64,000 nt of DNA from Candidatus Thorarchaeota archaeon (GTDB lineage: Archaea > Asgardarchaeota > Thorarchaeia > Thorarchaeales > Thorarchaeaceae): assembly GCA_048882485.1 (NCBI GenBank), contig JBHLRP010000002.1, forward strand, positions 134,527-198,526, in the 5' to 3' direction. The position numbers were made by a program, and so were the translations under genes. Shown here in pieces: positions 36,718 to 46,702 of this stretch. Below the pieces are notes generated by a model. The model was given only the letters and a program-made list of their open reading frames with translations, made no database searches and was not told the origin of the DNA. Position 1 is the first letter of the stretch; each line of letters starts with the position of its first letter.

Positions 36718-37803
36718 CTACTCATGGTTTTCCTTGAACTCTACTAGAAAGTCTGCTAAAGCTTCAACACCTTCCTTCGGCATGGCATTGTAAATTGATG
36801 CTCTCATCCCGCCAACTGATCTATGGCCTTTGAGCCCAACAAGCCCTCTAGCGGTGCCTTCCTCTACGATTTTCTTTTCGAGCTCCTCGGAAGGCAATCT
36901 GAATGTTATATTCATGAGTGATCTTGAATCCTCTCTTGCATGGCCCTTATAGAAGCCCCCAGAAGAGTCGATTACATCATACAGGATTTTAGCCTTTGTT
37001 CTATTCCTCTTCTCAATCTCCGATATACCGCCTTCACCCCTCCAATAATCAAGTGCAAGTTTGCACACGTATATCGCAAAGCACGGTGGGGTATGAAACA
37101 ATGAGTTCTTCTCAACCTCAGTCTTCCACTTGAGTAGAGTAGGTGTATCTTCTGGCACTCTATCCACTAAGTCTTCTCTGACAATGACTAGTGTAACACC
37201 TGCAGGGCCTAGATTCTTTTGGGCACCTGCGAATATCACGCCAAAATCGTTCACCTTTATTTCTCTGGCCATTAGGTCTGATGAGAAATCGGAAACCAAG
37301 GGGATGTCATCCGGGACATCAGGCCATTCATGCCATTCTGTACCGTAGATTGTATTGTTACTTGCAATATGCCCATATGATGCATTGTTACTGAAACTAA
37401 CACCACGAGGAATATAGCTATACTTCTCATCCGCAGAAGACGCTATTACTTCAACATCTCCATAGATTTTTGCCTCTTTGATCGCCTTTGAAGTCCATGC
37501 TCCGGTGTCAACAAATTGGATTGGTTTTCCAGGAATATGCAGATTCACTGGAGCCATATAGAATTGAGTTGATGCTCCACCTTGAAGCCAAAGAATCTTG
37601 TATTCTTCAGGGACTCTCATGAGGTCCCGAACCAAATCAGTTGCATCATTATGCACCTTATCATATTCCTTTGACCTATGGGAAATCTCCAGGATCGACA
37701 TTCCTGTTCCAGCGAAATCCAATAGCTCCTCCTGCGCCTTCTCCAATGCAGGTAGTGGGAGAGTTGCAGGTCCTGCATAGAAATTGTACACTCTTTTAAC
37801 CAT
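36718..37803 (-). CDS. serC: Phosphoserine aminotransferase
   Basis: YNFYAGPA, EISHRS, QGGASTQF, NNTIYG, GAQKNLGPAG, GLKGHRSVGGMRASIYNA. Confidence 0.97.
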   Translation of the reverse strand: MVKRVYNFYAGPATLPLPALEKAQEELLDFAGTGMSILEISHRSKEYDKVHNDATDLVRDLMRVPEEYKILWLQGGASTQFYMAPVNLHIPGKPIQFVDTGAWTSKAIKEAKIYGDVEVIASSADEKYSYIPRGVSFSNNASYGHIASNNTIYGTEWHEWPDVPDDIPLVSDFSSDLMAREIKVNDFGVIFAGAQKNLGPAGVTLVIVREDLVDRVPEDTPTLLKWKTEVEKNSLFHTPPCFAIYVCKLALDYWRGEGGISEIEKRNRTKAKILYDVIDSSGGFYKGHAREDSRSLMNITFRLPSEELEKKIVEEGTARGLVGLKGHRSVGGMRASIYNAMPKEGVEALADFLVEFKENHE

Positions 37804-37812
37804 TCAAATCAC

Positions 37813-39147
37813 CTATAGCAGCTTGTTTATTGTGAATCCTGTCCAAACTTTGGGATGGAAGAATGTGCTTTTCTGAGGCATGACTTCAATGTTACGTGAT
37901 ACTGCTTCAACTTCTTCAATTCGAGTCGGATTCATGAAGAATACAGCTTGAGCTTCTCCTTTTACCGAATCAATTGCCTCATCCACAGCGTCTCCAATTC
38001 CTTTGACATAAACGACGGATCCTCCGCCTTTCATAGTTCCTTGGGCAAGTTTTTCCTTATCGATACCGAGCTTCATATCCAGAATCAGAGAGTGAAGTAT
38101 TGCCACGTCCAGACTTCGATTTTCAGCGGACTTGTCAGGCAGAATCTCATCCATTACATTGGAATCCTTCAATGTCAGAGAATAGAATTTGTAATCATTC
38201 ATGAACAGTCCGAAAGCATGTTCTCCACCGATGAACTTCCTGTTCATTAGAGAAAACATCTCATCCTTATTATCGAACTCTGCTATCTCGAAATGCTCAC
38301 CTATCGAATCAAGGAGCTTCTCCTTGGAGAATTCTTCTAGATTCTGTACAATGCGATGGGTGGGAAGAACAACGAGTCCCGGATTCGAGATATTCACGAA
38401 AGTAAGCATCCTGTATTTTGCTGATTCCAGCTCTGGATTATCCTTTGAGAGCGCGAGTGCGGTCTTGTAGCGATGATGTCCGTCGGCAATAATCACATAC
38501 TTGTCCTCCATATATTTCGTCACAAGACCGGTGTCTTCCGGGTCGTCGATAATCCAGAGCCTATGACGCACACCATTGCTATCTATTATGTCAATGGCAG
38601 GTTTCTCCTTCATGGCCTTCTCCAACACACCATCCACTTGGCCTTCATGATCCGGATAAATCACGAAGATTTGACCAAACTGGGCCATACATGCTCTGCA
38701 AAGACTAAGTCTGTCTTGGATGTCCTTGGGAAGCGTTTCTTCATGCTGAAGTACTCCAGAGAATGCATCCTTGCTGGGAGCTTCAGTGGCGAATTCCTCA
38801 AGTCGGATAAGACCAATGAATCCGAATCTGAACAGCTCTTGATCATTCACTTTGAAATTCTGACCGTAAACATAGAACGATTCTTTGTCATCTTGCTTCA
38901 GGACTCGGCTATCAATCCAATTCTCTAGAAGATCACGCGCTCTAGTATATTGATTGACTTGATCTGTATCGCCTTCTTCTGGTTTATTCTTAATAATCCA
39001 AGAAATATTATACTCTGAAAGAGCCTGAAGTTCATCCACTTTCTTTCCTTTGATTATGTCGTACGGAGGAGTAACTACCTTACTTATCTCACCTACTTTT
39101 GACTCATCATATCTATATGCCTTGAAGGGAATAACACGGACCAACAC
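37813..39147 (-). CDS. DUF1015 family protein
   Basis: PPYDII, HEET, IIADGHHRY, VLPTHR, MPQKSTFFHPK; GTG start at 39147 after AGGAGG. Confidence 0.9.
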   Translation of the reverse strand: MLVRVIPFKAYRYDESKVGEISKVVTPPYDIIKGKKVDELQALSEYNISWIIKNKPEEGDTDQVNQYTRARDLLENWIDSRVLKQDDKESFYVYGQNFKVNDQELFRFGFIGLIRLEEFATEAPSKDAFSGVLQHEETLPKDIQDRLSLCRACMAQFGQIFVIYPDHEGQVDGVLEKAMKEKPAIDIIDSNGVRHRLWIIDDPEDTGLVTKYMEDKYVIIADGHHRYKTALALSKDNPELESAKYRMLTFVNISNPGLVVLPTHRIVQNLEEFSKEKLLDSIGEHFEIAEFDNKDEMFSLMNRKFIGGEHAFGLFMNDYKFYSLTLKDSNVMDEILPDKSAENRSLDVAILHSLILDMKLGIDKEKLAQGTMKGGGSVVYVKGIGDAVDEAIDSVKGEAQAVFFMNPTRIEEVEAVSRNIEVMPQKSTFFHPKVWTGFTINKLL

Positions 39148-39330
39148 TATGCTCCTCCTTAGGAAGATGTCCACCGATGCGGATGAAACGCCCGCCGTGT
39201 CATCTTCGACATAAGTGTTTCTTTTCGCACCCAATCTGATGCAAAAAGGCGTAATTACGGGTCAACAGTCAAACTTAAATGAATAGCATGAACGAGCACG
39301 AGAGCTATAACCACTAATGAGGAGAGAGCC

Positions 39331-39591
39331 GTGGAGTTCTGCGAGAAGTGCGGTGCATTAATGCTCCCTAAAAAGAAGGATGGCAAGCCAATTCTGAAAT
39401 GCAGGGAATGTGGGCATGAGAAATCAGTAAAGGCCCCTCCTCAGTACAAGGTCGAATATAGAATAAAGCATAGTCCCAGGGAGAAGATAGTTGTCGTAGA
39501 AGAGAGTGATTCACGTCGAGAAGAGATGTCTGAAGATGAAAAGAGGGAACGGCGAAAAGAAATCCTAGAGCATTTTGAGGCTGAGGATTGA
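39331..39591 (+). CDS. TFS/RpoM (Rpb9-like) N-terminal Zn-ribbon protein lacking the C-terminal ribbon
   Basis: MEFCEKCGALMLP...LKCRECG; charged helical C-terminus. Confidence 0.8.
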   Translation: MEFCEKCGALMLPKKKDGKPILKCRECGHEKSVKAPPQYKVEYRIKHSPREKIVVVEESDSRREEMSEDEKRERRKEILEHFEAED

Positions 39592-39724
39592 ATCATTCTA
39601 GATAATGCTTTAAGCTTGGACGACCATATTGTAACATCTAAGTAGAAGGGCTGTTGGACTATTGCTGGTTAATCTCGGAGGTGCTCTTCTCAGACTGGTC
39701 TTCTAATCTCCAGGAGGTATTTCA

Positions 39725-40606
39725 ATGAATGAACACAGGACTAACCATTTCTATGACTTAGAGAATTTTATCATTGAGCATGGCAACATAGCAGACATCC
39801 TGCGACTCATTGCAGCAGGATACAAGATTGATGATGATATTGTGAATTCTGTACTGAACGAGGTTGAAGGTCTGTTAAACAGAGATGGAGGAGTTCCGTT
39901 CGGTCTGGAAGAAGGCAATCCCAGCTCAGTGAAAGAAACCTCAGAGCTATTGCCGCTTCTTCTAAAATACAGGAAGACTCATGAGCCTCTCATTCAGAGG
40001 ATGGCAGATTTCTTGGTGTCGCGTCAGAAGAATGATGGCGGCTTTGCGGAAACAATGAATCTTGATTATTTGATTGAAGATCGATATGGCGCAAAGTGGG
40101 GAAGTGAATTCTATCCAGTGGGCAGAAGCGTCACATGGCTCACTGGAAAAGCCTTGGAAGCATTGTCATTAGCGAAGTACAACGATGAGGTTCGCTTGCG
40201 ACGAGCCCGCGATTTTCTGTTGAATTCGCAAAATGAGGATGGGAATTGGCCTGACTTCATAAACATGGGCCAATCCGACCCTTTAGCTACGGGCAATATT
40301 CTAACAGGTCTAAGAGCTGCTGGAGTTGATTCTAAAGCTAAGGTCTACAGGGATGCTAGAGCCGCTCTATACCAACATCTCAAGGATGCGCTTGAGTCCA
40401 AGTCAACTGATGACATGATTGACTTGACAGCTGTGTGCCCTGCCGAAACAGACAAAGAACGGAATGTCATTGAAGGCGCTCTAGAACTCATTATCGAAAC
40501 TCAGAAGAATGATGGCGGTTGGCAGCCTCTGGGTTCAAAGAAAAGTGATACTGAATTAAGCTCTATTCTCGGTTTCGTTCTAAAGGAATGCGAGAAGTAC
40601 AAATAG
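39725..40606 (+). CDS. Prenyltransferase/squalene-cyclase repeat (alpha-alpha toroid) protein
   Basis: QW-like repeats QKNDGGF, QNEDGNW, QKNDGGW; AGGAGGT SD. Confidence 0.8.
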   Translation: MNEHRTNHFYDLENFIIEHGNIADILRLIAAGYKIDDDIVNSVLNEVEGLLNRDGGVPFGLEEGNPSSVKETSELLPLLLKYRKTHEPLIQRMADFLVSRQKNDGGFAETMNLDYLIEDRYGAKWGSEFYPVGRSVTWLTGKALEALSLAKYNDEVRLRRARDFLLNSQNEDGNWPDFINMGQSDPLATGNILTGLRAAGVDSKAKVYRDARAALYQHLKDALESKSTDDMIDLTAVCPAETDKERNVIEGALELIIETQKNDGGWQPLGSKKSDTELSSILGFVLKECEKYK

Positions 40607-40626
40607 CTTCATGTTAAGGTATAGCC

Positions 40627-41133
40627 ATGCAAGAGAAGAGAGTTGCAATTCTGCAAAGGGATGGGAACTGCATAGCTGGTGTCTTTACATCTTCAGGTCT
40701 TCTTGCCACGACAACACCTAGGAAGAGCTGCAAAGAAGCTGTACTAGCCGTTAATGGGGCTGACCTAACACGCAGCGAATCGAAAGATGATTTGGCGATA
40801 CTAAATGCGGTTTTTGATATTGCGGAAGGGATCGAAGTTCCTGAAGTTCACAAGATTAAGCTAGACCTATCTGAAATGACAGAGAAGCAGCGTCAGGTAG
40901 TCAAGGCGACTCTTTCCATCCCTCGCGGAGAAACCGCTACATATGGAGATGTCGCTAGAAAAGCTGGACTCCCTGGAGCCGCACGTTTTGTCGGCAATGT
41001 TATGGCAAGCAACCGACTATATCCTCTAGTCCCATGTCACAGAGTCATTTCGTCTTCAGGTCTAGGTGGATATGGCCTGGGCATAAAAAAGAAGATAGAA
41101 CTCCTAAGGCGCGAAGGGGCATTCGCGGATTAG
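40627..41133 (+). CDS. ogt: Methylated-DNA--protein-cysteine methyltransferase
   Basis: IPRGETATYG, AARFVG, VPCHRVI. Confidence 0.93.
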   Translation: MQEKRVAILQRDGNCIAGVFTSSGLLATTTPRKSCKEAVLAVNGADLTRSESKDDLAILNAVFDIAEGIEVPEVHKIKLDLSEMTEKQRQVVKATLSIPRGETATYGDVARKAGLPGAARFVGNVMASNRLYPLVPCHRVISSSGLGGYGLGIKKKIELLRREGAFAD

Positions 41134-41173
41134 TTTCTCATAACGTTTTAAATAGCTTCTAATAGTTCACAAT

Positions 41174-41677
41174 GTGGGACCTATCTCTACGGAGTGTGTG
41201 TGGTTGAACCTAAAAGTACGCAGAGAAGATGAAACTGTAGAATTGCGCAAAGTTGAGCTTGAAGCTCTAAGTCCACCACTTTTTCGAACATTCATTGGCT
41301 ATAACTCCTTGAAGCGACTAGGATATTCTATATCTTTCATACGCCCAAAGAAGAGCTCCAGTGGCGATTTCGAGAGAATCCGCTACAATTTCATGGAACG
41401 AGGCGTTATGACTCGTCAACTTGAGGATGAGCTAGAGCCAGATATGAAACGCGGGATCTTGAATCAACTCCCCCGTGGTAACTTCAGCATTGTATTGCTG
41501 CTCACTCAAGTGCCTCGTCGGGGTGTAAACATCAGGCTTGATAAGTTCATGTACAACTTCCTCGGATGCATTCTAATGCGCAACGATGAGGTGCTTGATG
41601 TCGTGATGAATACTACTCCTACAAGAGACATCCTAATGCCAATGTACGAGCAGCAGGTGGAATCGGTAGAAGCGTAG
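41174..41677 (+). CDS. Hypothetical protein
   Basis: 167-aa ORF; start uncertain (may be TTG at 41203). Confidence 0.65.
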   Translation: MGPISTECVWLNLKVRREDETVELRKVELEALSPPLFRTFIGYNSLKRLGYSISFIRPKKSSSGDFERIRYNFMERGVMTRQLEDELEPDMKRGILNQLPRGNFSIVLLLTQVPRRGVNIRLDKFMYNFLGCILMRNDEVLDVVMNTTPTRDILMPMYEQQVESVEA

Positions 41678-41745
41678 CCAACAAAGTCTGCAATCAATCT
41701 TATCAGGCACCAGAACAAGCGTGTACACGCTGTGGTGTTCAATTT

Positions 41746-43440
41746 ATGTCACGAAGGGCCAGGGATGTGCCCAAAGAAATAGCATCTTTTGGGCAGAAAC
41801 AATTTCGAGAGACAGGTGCCTCTGCTGTCGAGGTTCTTCGTGTGAAAGCCTCAACAATGAGGAAGCATTTCTCAAAGCTGAAAGGGATTACATTCCTTGT
41901 TGCAGTCATCAGCAAGGATCGAGTGCGTGTCTACTTTTTCAATTCTGCTGGCATTATGCTCATCGGCGAGAATATTGAAGTCGAGAAATATGGAAAGGTC
42001 CGCAAGACTTCCAAGCTTGTGGCTAAGTTTGAAAAGCCAAGACCTCTCACTAAAGAGGAACTCAGAATAGAAGCCACAGAAGGACTTAGGCAGGATTTGT
42101 CTAGAACTCTGAAACGTGTCGTCAGATTCCTTGGTAGGAAAGAACCTGAATTCCCGGTGATTTTTGTTACAAGAGAAGTATCCATCGGCACTAGTCAAGG
42201 ATTTGGACTTCTAACAGAGGACGACGGCTCCATAATATTTGAGCAGGGTATACTTGAGTCGAAATGGCGTGATGGCCTTATAACTCGTGCAAGTGTTCTT
42301 CAGCTTCTTGAAACGGACAAACGGAATTTGGATTTCAGCTCGACTATTGGTAATGCAATCGCCTTTGCTTCTCTAGATGGCCAGAAGAGAATTGATTGGC
42401 TGGACATTTGGAAAAAGAGAACCAAGGAAACCCCGTTCACGCCTATTATCAACCACTTATCCAAACATGCAGCCGCCTATTCATGGGTTGGGTTTGCAAG
42501 GATTTTGGACCTAGTCGAAAGAGTTCCAGAACTGACAGATGACAAATGGATTCTAGCGTTGAATGAAATCCATGAATCTTTCGAAGTAACGCTCGGAACG
42601 GAGGAACAACTCTCGATTCAAGGTTTCTGCGAAAGCTTGTCAAAACCCCGGAAGCTAGCAACTAAACGCCATACTTTGGAATCAATCCATCTCGCGCCAA
42701 GAGCTTTGTGCGATCCCTCCTCGCTAGGCTTGACCTTGTCAGTTGGCGAGGAAAGATCGAAAGATGAGCCGTGGCTGCGGATAGAATATGCCGATGGAGC
42801 GCAAAAGAGGTGCCTTACAATCATCGAGGGAGAAGAGAACCCACTGTCACAAATTGTGTATACTCTGAATATGGAAGACATTTTTCCAAAAGCAGGAGGG
42901 GTGCTTGGCAAGGGCAAAGATGCTCTCGCCTGGATTCTAAGGACACTCGGTTTTGAAGAAGAGAGTACGCACACATTTCAAGCTACGATTGAATTCTCAA
43001 GAAAGCAAGTGTCCGCAGCTGAGAATGCAGTTCTTGAACGACTGGCAGGCGGAGGTCTAAAGGTTCTGTCGGATTCTCTTATTGGATCTCCGCAGAGAAT
43101 GGATGGACTGGTGAAGAAGGGGGTTATTGCTCTTCTGCCTGATTTCAATCATGTCGGCTTTGGTCCAAATCTATTGCTTCAGGGAGAATATGACCAACTT
43201 CTTGACGCTGTTTCACCTAGCATTGAATCTACTATCTTTCGAGCCGCCACAGGCAGCTTTGCACTTGCTAGTGCTCCGTCATCATGGAGGCGTCTAGTAA
43301 TCGCTAGTGCCTTTGAAAATGAGATCGCTGTCCAGCCAGTCATCCAGGCAAGGTCATCAAGAAGATTGATCCGGTCTGAGGACGCGTTTCCTAGGAGTTC
43401 TGAGATGCTATTTTGGAGTGAGGGGATGCCTAGGAAATAA
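41746..43440 (+). CDS. Hypothetical protein (564 aa)
   Basis: Long ORF with no motif recognised. Confidence 0.75.
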   Translation: MSRRARDVPKEIASFGQKQFRETGASAVEVLRVKASTMRKHFSKLKGITFLVAVISKDRVRVYFFNSAGIMLIGENIEVEKYGKVRKTSKLVAKFEKPRPLTKEELRIEATEGLRQDLSRTLKRVVRFLGRKEPEFPVIFVTREVSIGTSQGFGLLTEDDGSIIFEQGILESKWRDGLITRASVLQLLETDKRNLDFSSTIGNAIAFASLDGQKRIDWLDIWKKRTKETPFTPIINHLSKHAAAYSWVGFARILDLVERVPELTDDKWILALNEIHESFEVTLGTEEQLSIQGFCESLSKPRKLATKRHTLESIHLAPRALCDPSSLGLTLSVGEERSKDEPWLRIEYADGAQKRCLTIIEGEENPLSQIVYTLNMEDIFPKAGGVLGKGKDALAWILRTLGFEEESTHTFQATIEFSRKQVSAAENAVLERLAGGGLKVLSDSLIGSPQRMDGLVKKGVIALLPDFNHVGFGPNLLLQGEYDQLLDAVSPSIESTIFRAATGSFALASAPSSWRRLVIASAFENEIAVQPVIQARSSRRLIRSEDAFPRSSEMLFWSEGMPRK

Positions 43441-45094
43441 CCTCTACAACCGTTCCAATCGCTCTTGTGTTTGCTTCTCGCAGCACAATCTTGTCACCCA
43501 GCTCTATCGGTTCTGGGAATGACATGAATTCCAATCTCACTCGGGCGAAGTCACCCACACTAAGATACTCTGCATCATAGATACGTTTCAGAATAACAGT
43601 ATGCTGAATCGTATGGCATTGAAGCACTGGTGAATACCCCACTGAGATTCTGGTTGGGTGTCTTGTGACAACAATGTTAGCCTCAAAGGTTCGGCAACTC
43701 TCAATGGTGTCATCAGGGTCAGCCACAACTTGACCTCTTCTCACGTCATGTTTGTCCACATCTTTGATATCAAATCCGAAAAGGTCTCCAGCACGGACAG
43801 AGCCAATTCTCTTCTTGAACATCTCAATACTGAATAGCCTTCCGTCCTGCATGTCCCCATTCTCATCTGGTCCTATAATCACACTCTGTCCCTTCTTGAA
43901 CACACCCGTCTTCACAGTGCCAGTAATCACGGCATTTGTGCCTCTAATTCCGCGATACACCTTGTCTACATATGCTCGAGCTGGTTTAGTCAGGTCTACA
44001 GTCTTTGAGTTTGAAGGCAACCTCCGTAATAGCTCTGTAAGAAGGGTGAGGGATTCTTCTTTCGTAGAAGCAATCTCAATCATAGGTACAACAACCCTGT
44101 GCTCTATCTCGCTCACCAGGGTGTCTATCTCATCTTCATTCTTCAGACTGACAGGTATCTTGCCAATCTCTCTTAGAGTATTTCGGACAACTTCATTGAC
44201 GAGTGCCAAGTCTTTAGAATTCGTCTTATCCACTTTTGATAGGATGACGATGAATGGCGCTTCTTGATTTGACATCAATATAAGATGCTCTCGTGTGATA
44301 TCATCTAGCCTCCTGAGACCAGTCTTTTTTTCTTCACTACGAATCAAATTAGCTTCTTCCGGGCCGGGAACCAGCACCAATCCATACTGAGCATCTGCTC
44401 CTAGGATGCTCCTTATCATGGTCTTGCTATACTCCTGATGTCCAGGCGCATCAAAAAAAGTGAGAATTCTTGCTGATGCATCCAGTACCCTAGCGGCCTC
44501 CTCCTTGTTTCTTGGATTATCCAGATGTATAGTCTTCCCATCACCAGTGAAACCCATAAATGCAAGATGAATGTCTGCGGTCTGCCCGCGCGTTATTTCC
44601 TGCGGATGAATAAGCAGAAATGAGCGTGATTTACCTGAGCCATTATCCGGAGCTCCAGTGACCAGAGAGCCAATGAGTGTCGATTTGCCCGAGTTCACTC
44701 GACCGGCCACATTGAAGGAGCAGGTTTCCTTCACTTCAAGCGCTGCTATTCTTTTGAGAAGATATTTGCCCACCAATCCTTGCTCTGTTTCAATTCTCTC
44801 TTCTTCGATTATCTCGACCTCGGCTTCCCTGCACAATTCAATGAGCACTGTTTCAGCGGTCCTAATTTTATCCTCAGATAATCCGTATACCTCCCACGTC
44901 TTTCCAGCTAAGTCTTCAATACCAATGAGAAAGATGCCCTCAAAGGGGTTCTCACATGTCATGTATCTTATTCGAGTAACCAGTTTCTGACGCCGGTCCG
45001 ATTTGAGGTCTGCCTTCGTGAGACTCCGCTTGAATTCCATATTGCGGGCTTCTCCTTTGCGAAGTATCTCTGCGATTTCCTCAACCGATGTCAT
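43430..45094 (-). CDS. GTPBP1/2-like translational GTPase (aGTPBP)
   Basis: GRVNSGKST, HPQEITRGQT, DAPGH, SKVD, EF-Tu-like domains II/III; N-terminal MEFK...GIED domain. Confidence 0.9.
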   Translation of the reverse strand: MTSVEEIAEILRKGEARNMEFKRSLTKADLKSDRRQKLVTRIRYMTCENPFEGIFLIGIEDLAGKTWEVYGLSEDKIRTAETVLIELCREAEVEIIEEERIETEQGLVGKYLLKRIAALEVKETCSFNVAGRVNSGKSTLIGSLVTGAPDNGSGKSRSFLLIHPQEITRGQTADIHLAFMGFTGDGKTIHLDNPRNKEEAARVLDASARILTFFDAPGHQEYSKTMIRSILGADAQYGLVLVPGPEEANLIRSEEKKTGLRRLDDITREHLILMSNQEAPFIVILSKVDKTNSKDLALVNEVVRNTLREIGKIPVSLKNEDEIDTLVSEIEHRVVVPMIEIASTKEESLTLLTELLRRLPSNSKTVDLTKPARAYVDKVYRGIRGTNAVITGTVKTGVFKKGQSVIIGPDENGDMQDGRLFSIEMFKKRIGSVRAGDLFGFDIKDVDKHDVRRGQVVADPDDTIESCRTFEANIVVTRHPTRISVGYSPVLQCHTIQHTVILKRIYDAEYLSVGDFARVRLEFMSFPEPIELGDKIVLREANTRAIGTVVEVIS

Positions 45095-45238
45095 TTAGGA
45101 TACATCCGAGTATCTGCTTTGTAACTGGATGCTGTTATAAGCGCTAGCACGAGGGTAGTCGTTGGACTCCGCCACGGCTCAGCACGCGGTCACATCCACC
45201 GGCGTTTCAGTCAACGTATTGGATCTTGGGACAAATCT

Positions 45239-46699
45239 ATGGCTGATATCGTAAGCTTATTAGATAAATCAGATGTGGCTAGGAAAGGAAGTCTGCAGGG
45301 TTGGATTACATTGTTTGACAAACTAGAGAGTGCAGTAGAACAGGGAATAGGCCTGGGAGCTAGCTATGTTGAACTCCGAGGCGAATCTGGATTCATAGAG
45401 TACATCCAGATGGACGATAGTCGGGTGAGTGCACTGACTCAACGGATCGAGCAGGGAGTTGCCATTAGAGTTCTTGCAGACGGTGCCTGGGGCTTTGTTA
45501 CCACTGGCGATTTGGATTCGTTGGATAAAGCAGTGAAGGATGCGTGTTCTATGGCAAAAGCTGCGGCTGTGACTCGGCGAGAACCAATTGAACTAGCGGA
45601 AACAAAATCATACAAGGATACGGTTGAACTCAAAGTAAAGCGTGATCCACGTCATGTACCTGTTGAAGAGAAAATCAAATACATGCAGGATATGACAAAT
45701 GCGATACTTGATTACGACACTAGAATGACTGCGGTGACTGTTTCGGTTCGAACAGCATCTGGAAAAAAGTATCTTCTAACTTCCGATGGAACGAAGATTC
45801 AATCACCGACGATGTTAGTATGGACTTTACCTTGGGTCAGTGGGAAAGAAGGCACACGTTTGAGTGCGGCACGCAATGAGGTTGCTACCACGCATGAAGG
45901 ATGGGAGTTCATGGATCGAGTGGCAACACCTGAAGACGTTGGTCTGGCAGCAGCAAAGAGGGTCAAACTCCAATTGGAAGGGAAACCATCGAAAGGTGGA
46001 AGCTTCCCGTGCGTTCTTGGTCCAAGTGTCATCGGTGTCTTAGCACATGAGGCTTTAGGGCATCTTGCTGAAGCTGACTTGACAGTGCATAGCTCTTTCA
46101 ATGGAAAGCTTGGTGAGGTCGTAGCTGCAGAGAGTGTGAATATGACTGACAACGGAGCAGACCCATTGAATATTGGCACAGCCAAGTATGATGATGAAGG
46201 TACTCCGACAAGTCGAGTGGAGATCATTAAGGATTCAGTCCTCACCGAGCTGATGACAAATAGAGAGTATGCAGCTAAGACTGGTCTCCGGCCAACTGGA
46301 AACGCTAGGGCTGCAACGTACAGGCACGCTCCAATAATTAGAATGAGGAACACGTTCTTCGAAAAGGGCGATTATAGTCCTGATGAGATTTTCGAAGGTA
46401 TCAAGTTTGGATACTACTGCATCGACTTCAGAGCTGGTCAGGCTGAAATGAACGCTAGTTTTCAGGTTGGAATACAGGAGGCTTATGAAATCGTGGATGG
46501 TGAGTTAGGCGATCCAGTCACTGATCTATCAATCTCTGGTATTGCCACCGAATCCCTATTCAAAATCGAAGGAGTTGCTAACGAAGATTTCACATTCAAG
46601 GCTGGTCGATGTGGCAAGGGACAAGAGGCCATAGCTTCGTCAGGTGGACCTAGGATACGATTCTCTAAAGGTGGCGTTACATTCGGAGGTAAAAGCTAG
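45239..46699 (+). CDS. tldD: TldD metalloprotease subunit
   Basis: GVAIRVLADGAWGF, HEALGH, YDDEG, TGNARA, RMRNT, GRCGK; true start may be TTG at 45311. Confidence 0.92.
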   Translation: MADIVSLLDKSDVARKGSLQGWITLFDKLESAVEQGIGLGASYVELRGESGFIEYIQMDDSRVSALTQRIEQGVAIRVLADGAWGFVTTGDLDSLDKAVKDACSMAKAAAVTRREPIELAETKSYKDTVELKVKRDPRHVPVEEKIKYMQDMTNAILDYDTRMTAVTVSVRTASGKKYLLTSDGTKIQSPTMLVWTLPWVSGKEGTRLSAARNEVATTHEGWEFMDRVATPEDVGLAAAKRVKLQLEGKPSKGGSFPCVLGPSVIGVLAHEALGHLAEADLTVHSSFNGKLGEVVAAESVNMTDNGADPLNIGTAKYDDEGTPTSRVEIIKDSVLTELMTNREYAAKTGLRPTGNARAATYRHAPIIRMRNTFFEKGDYSPDEIFEGIKFGYYCIDFRAGQAEMNASFQVGIQEAYEIVDGELGDPVTDLSISGIATESLFKIEGVANEDFTFKAGRCGKGQEAIASSGGPRIRFSKGGVTFGGKS

Positions 46700-46702
46700 G
46701 AG

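Noticed and set aside
45095-45238. GC-richer intergenic stretch as tRNA/ncRNA
   Set aside because: No cloverleaf or T-loop (GTTCRA) and only short stems; more likely a divergent promoter region (TTATAA at ~45135).
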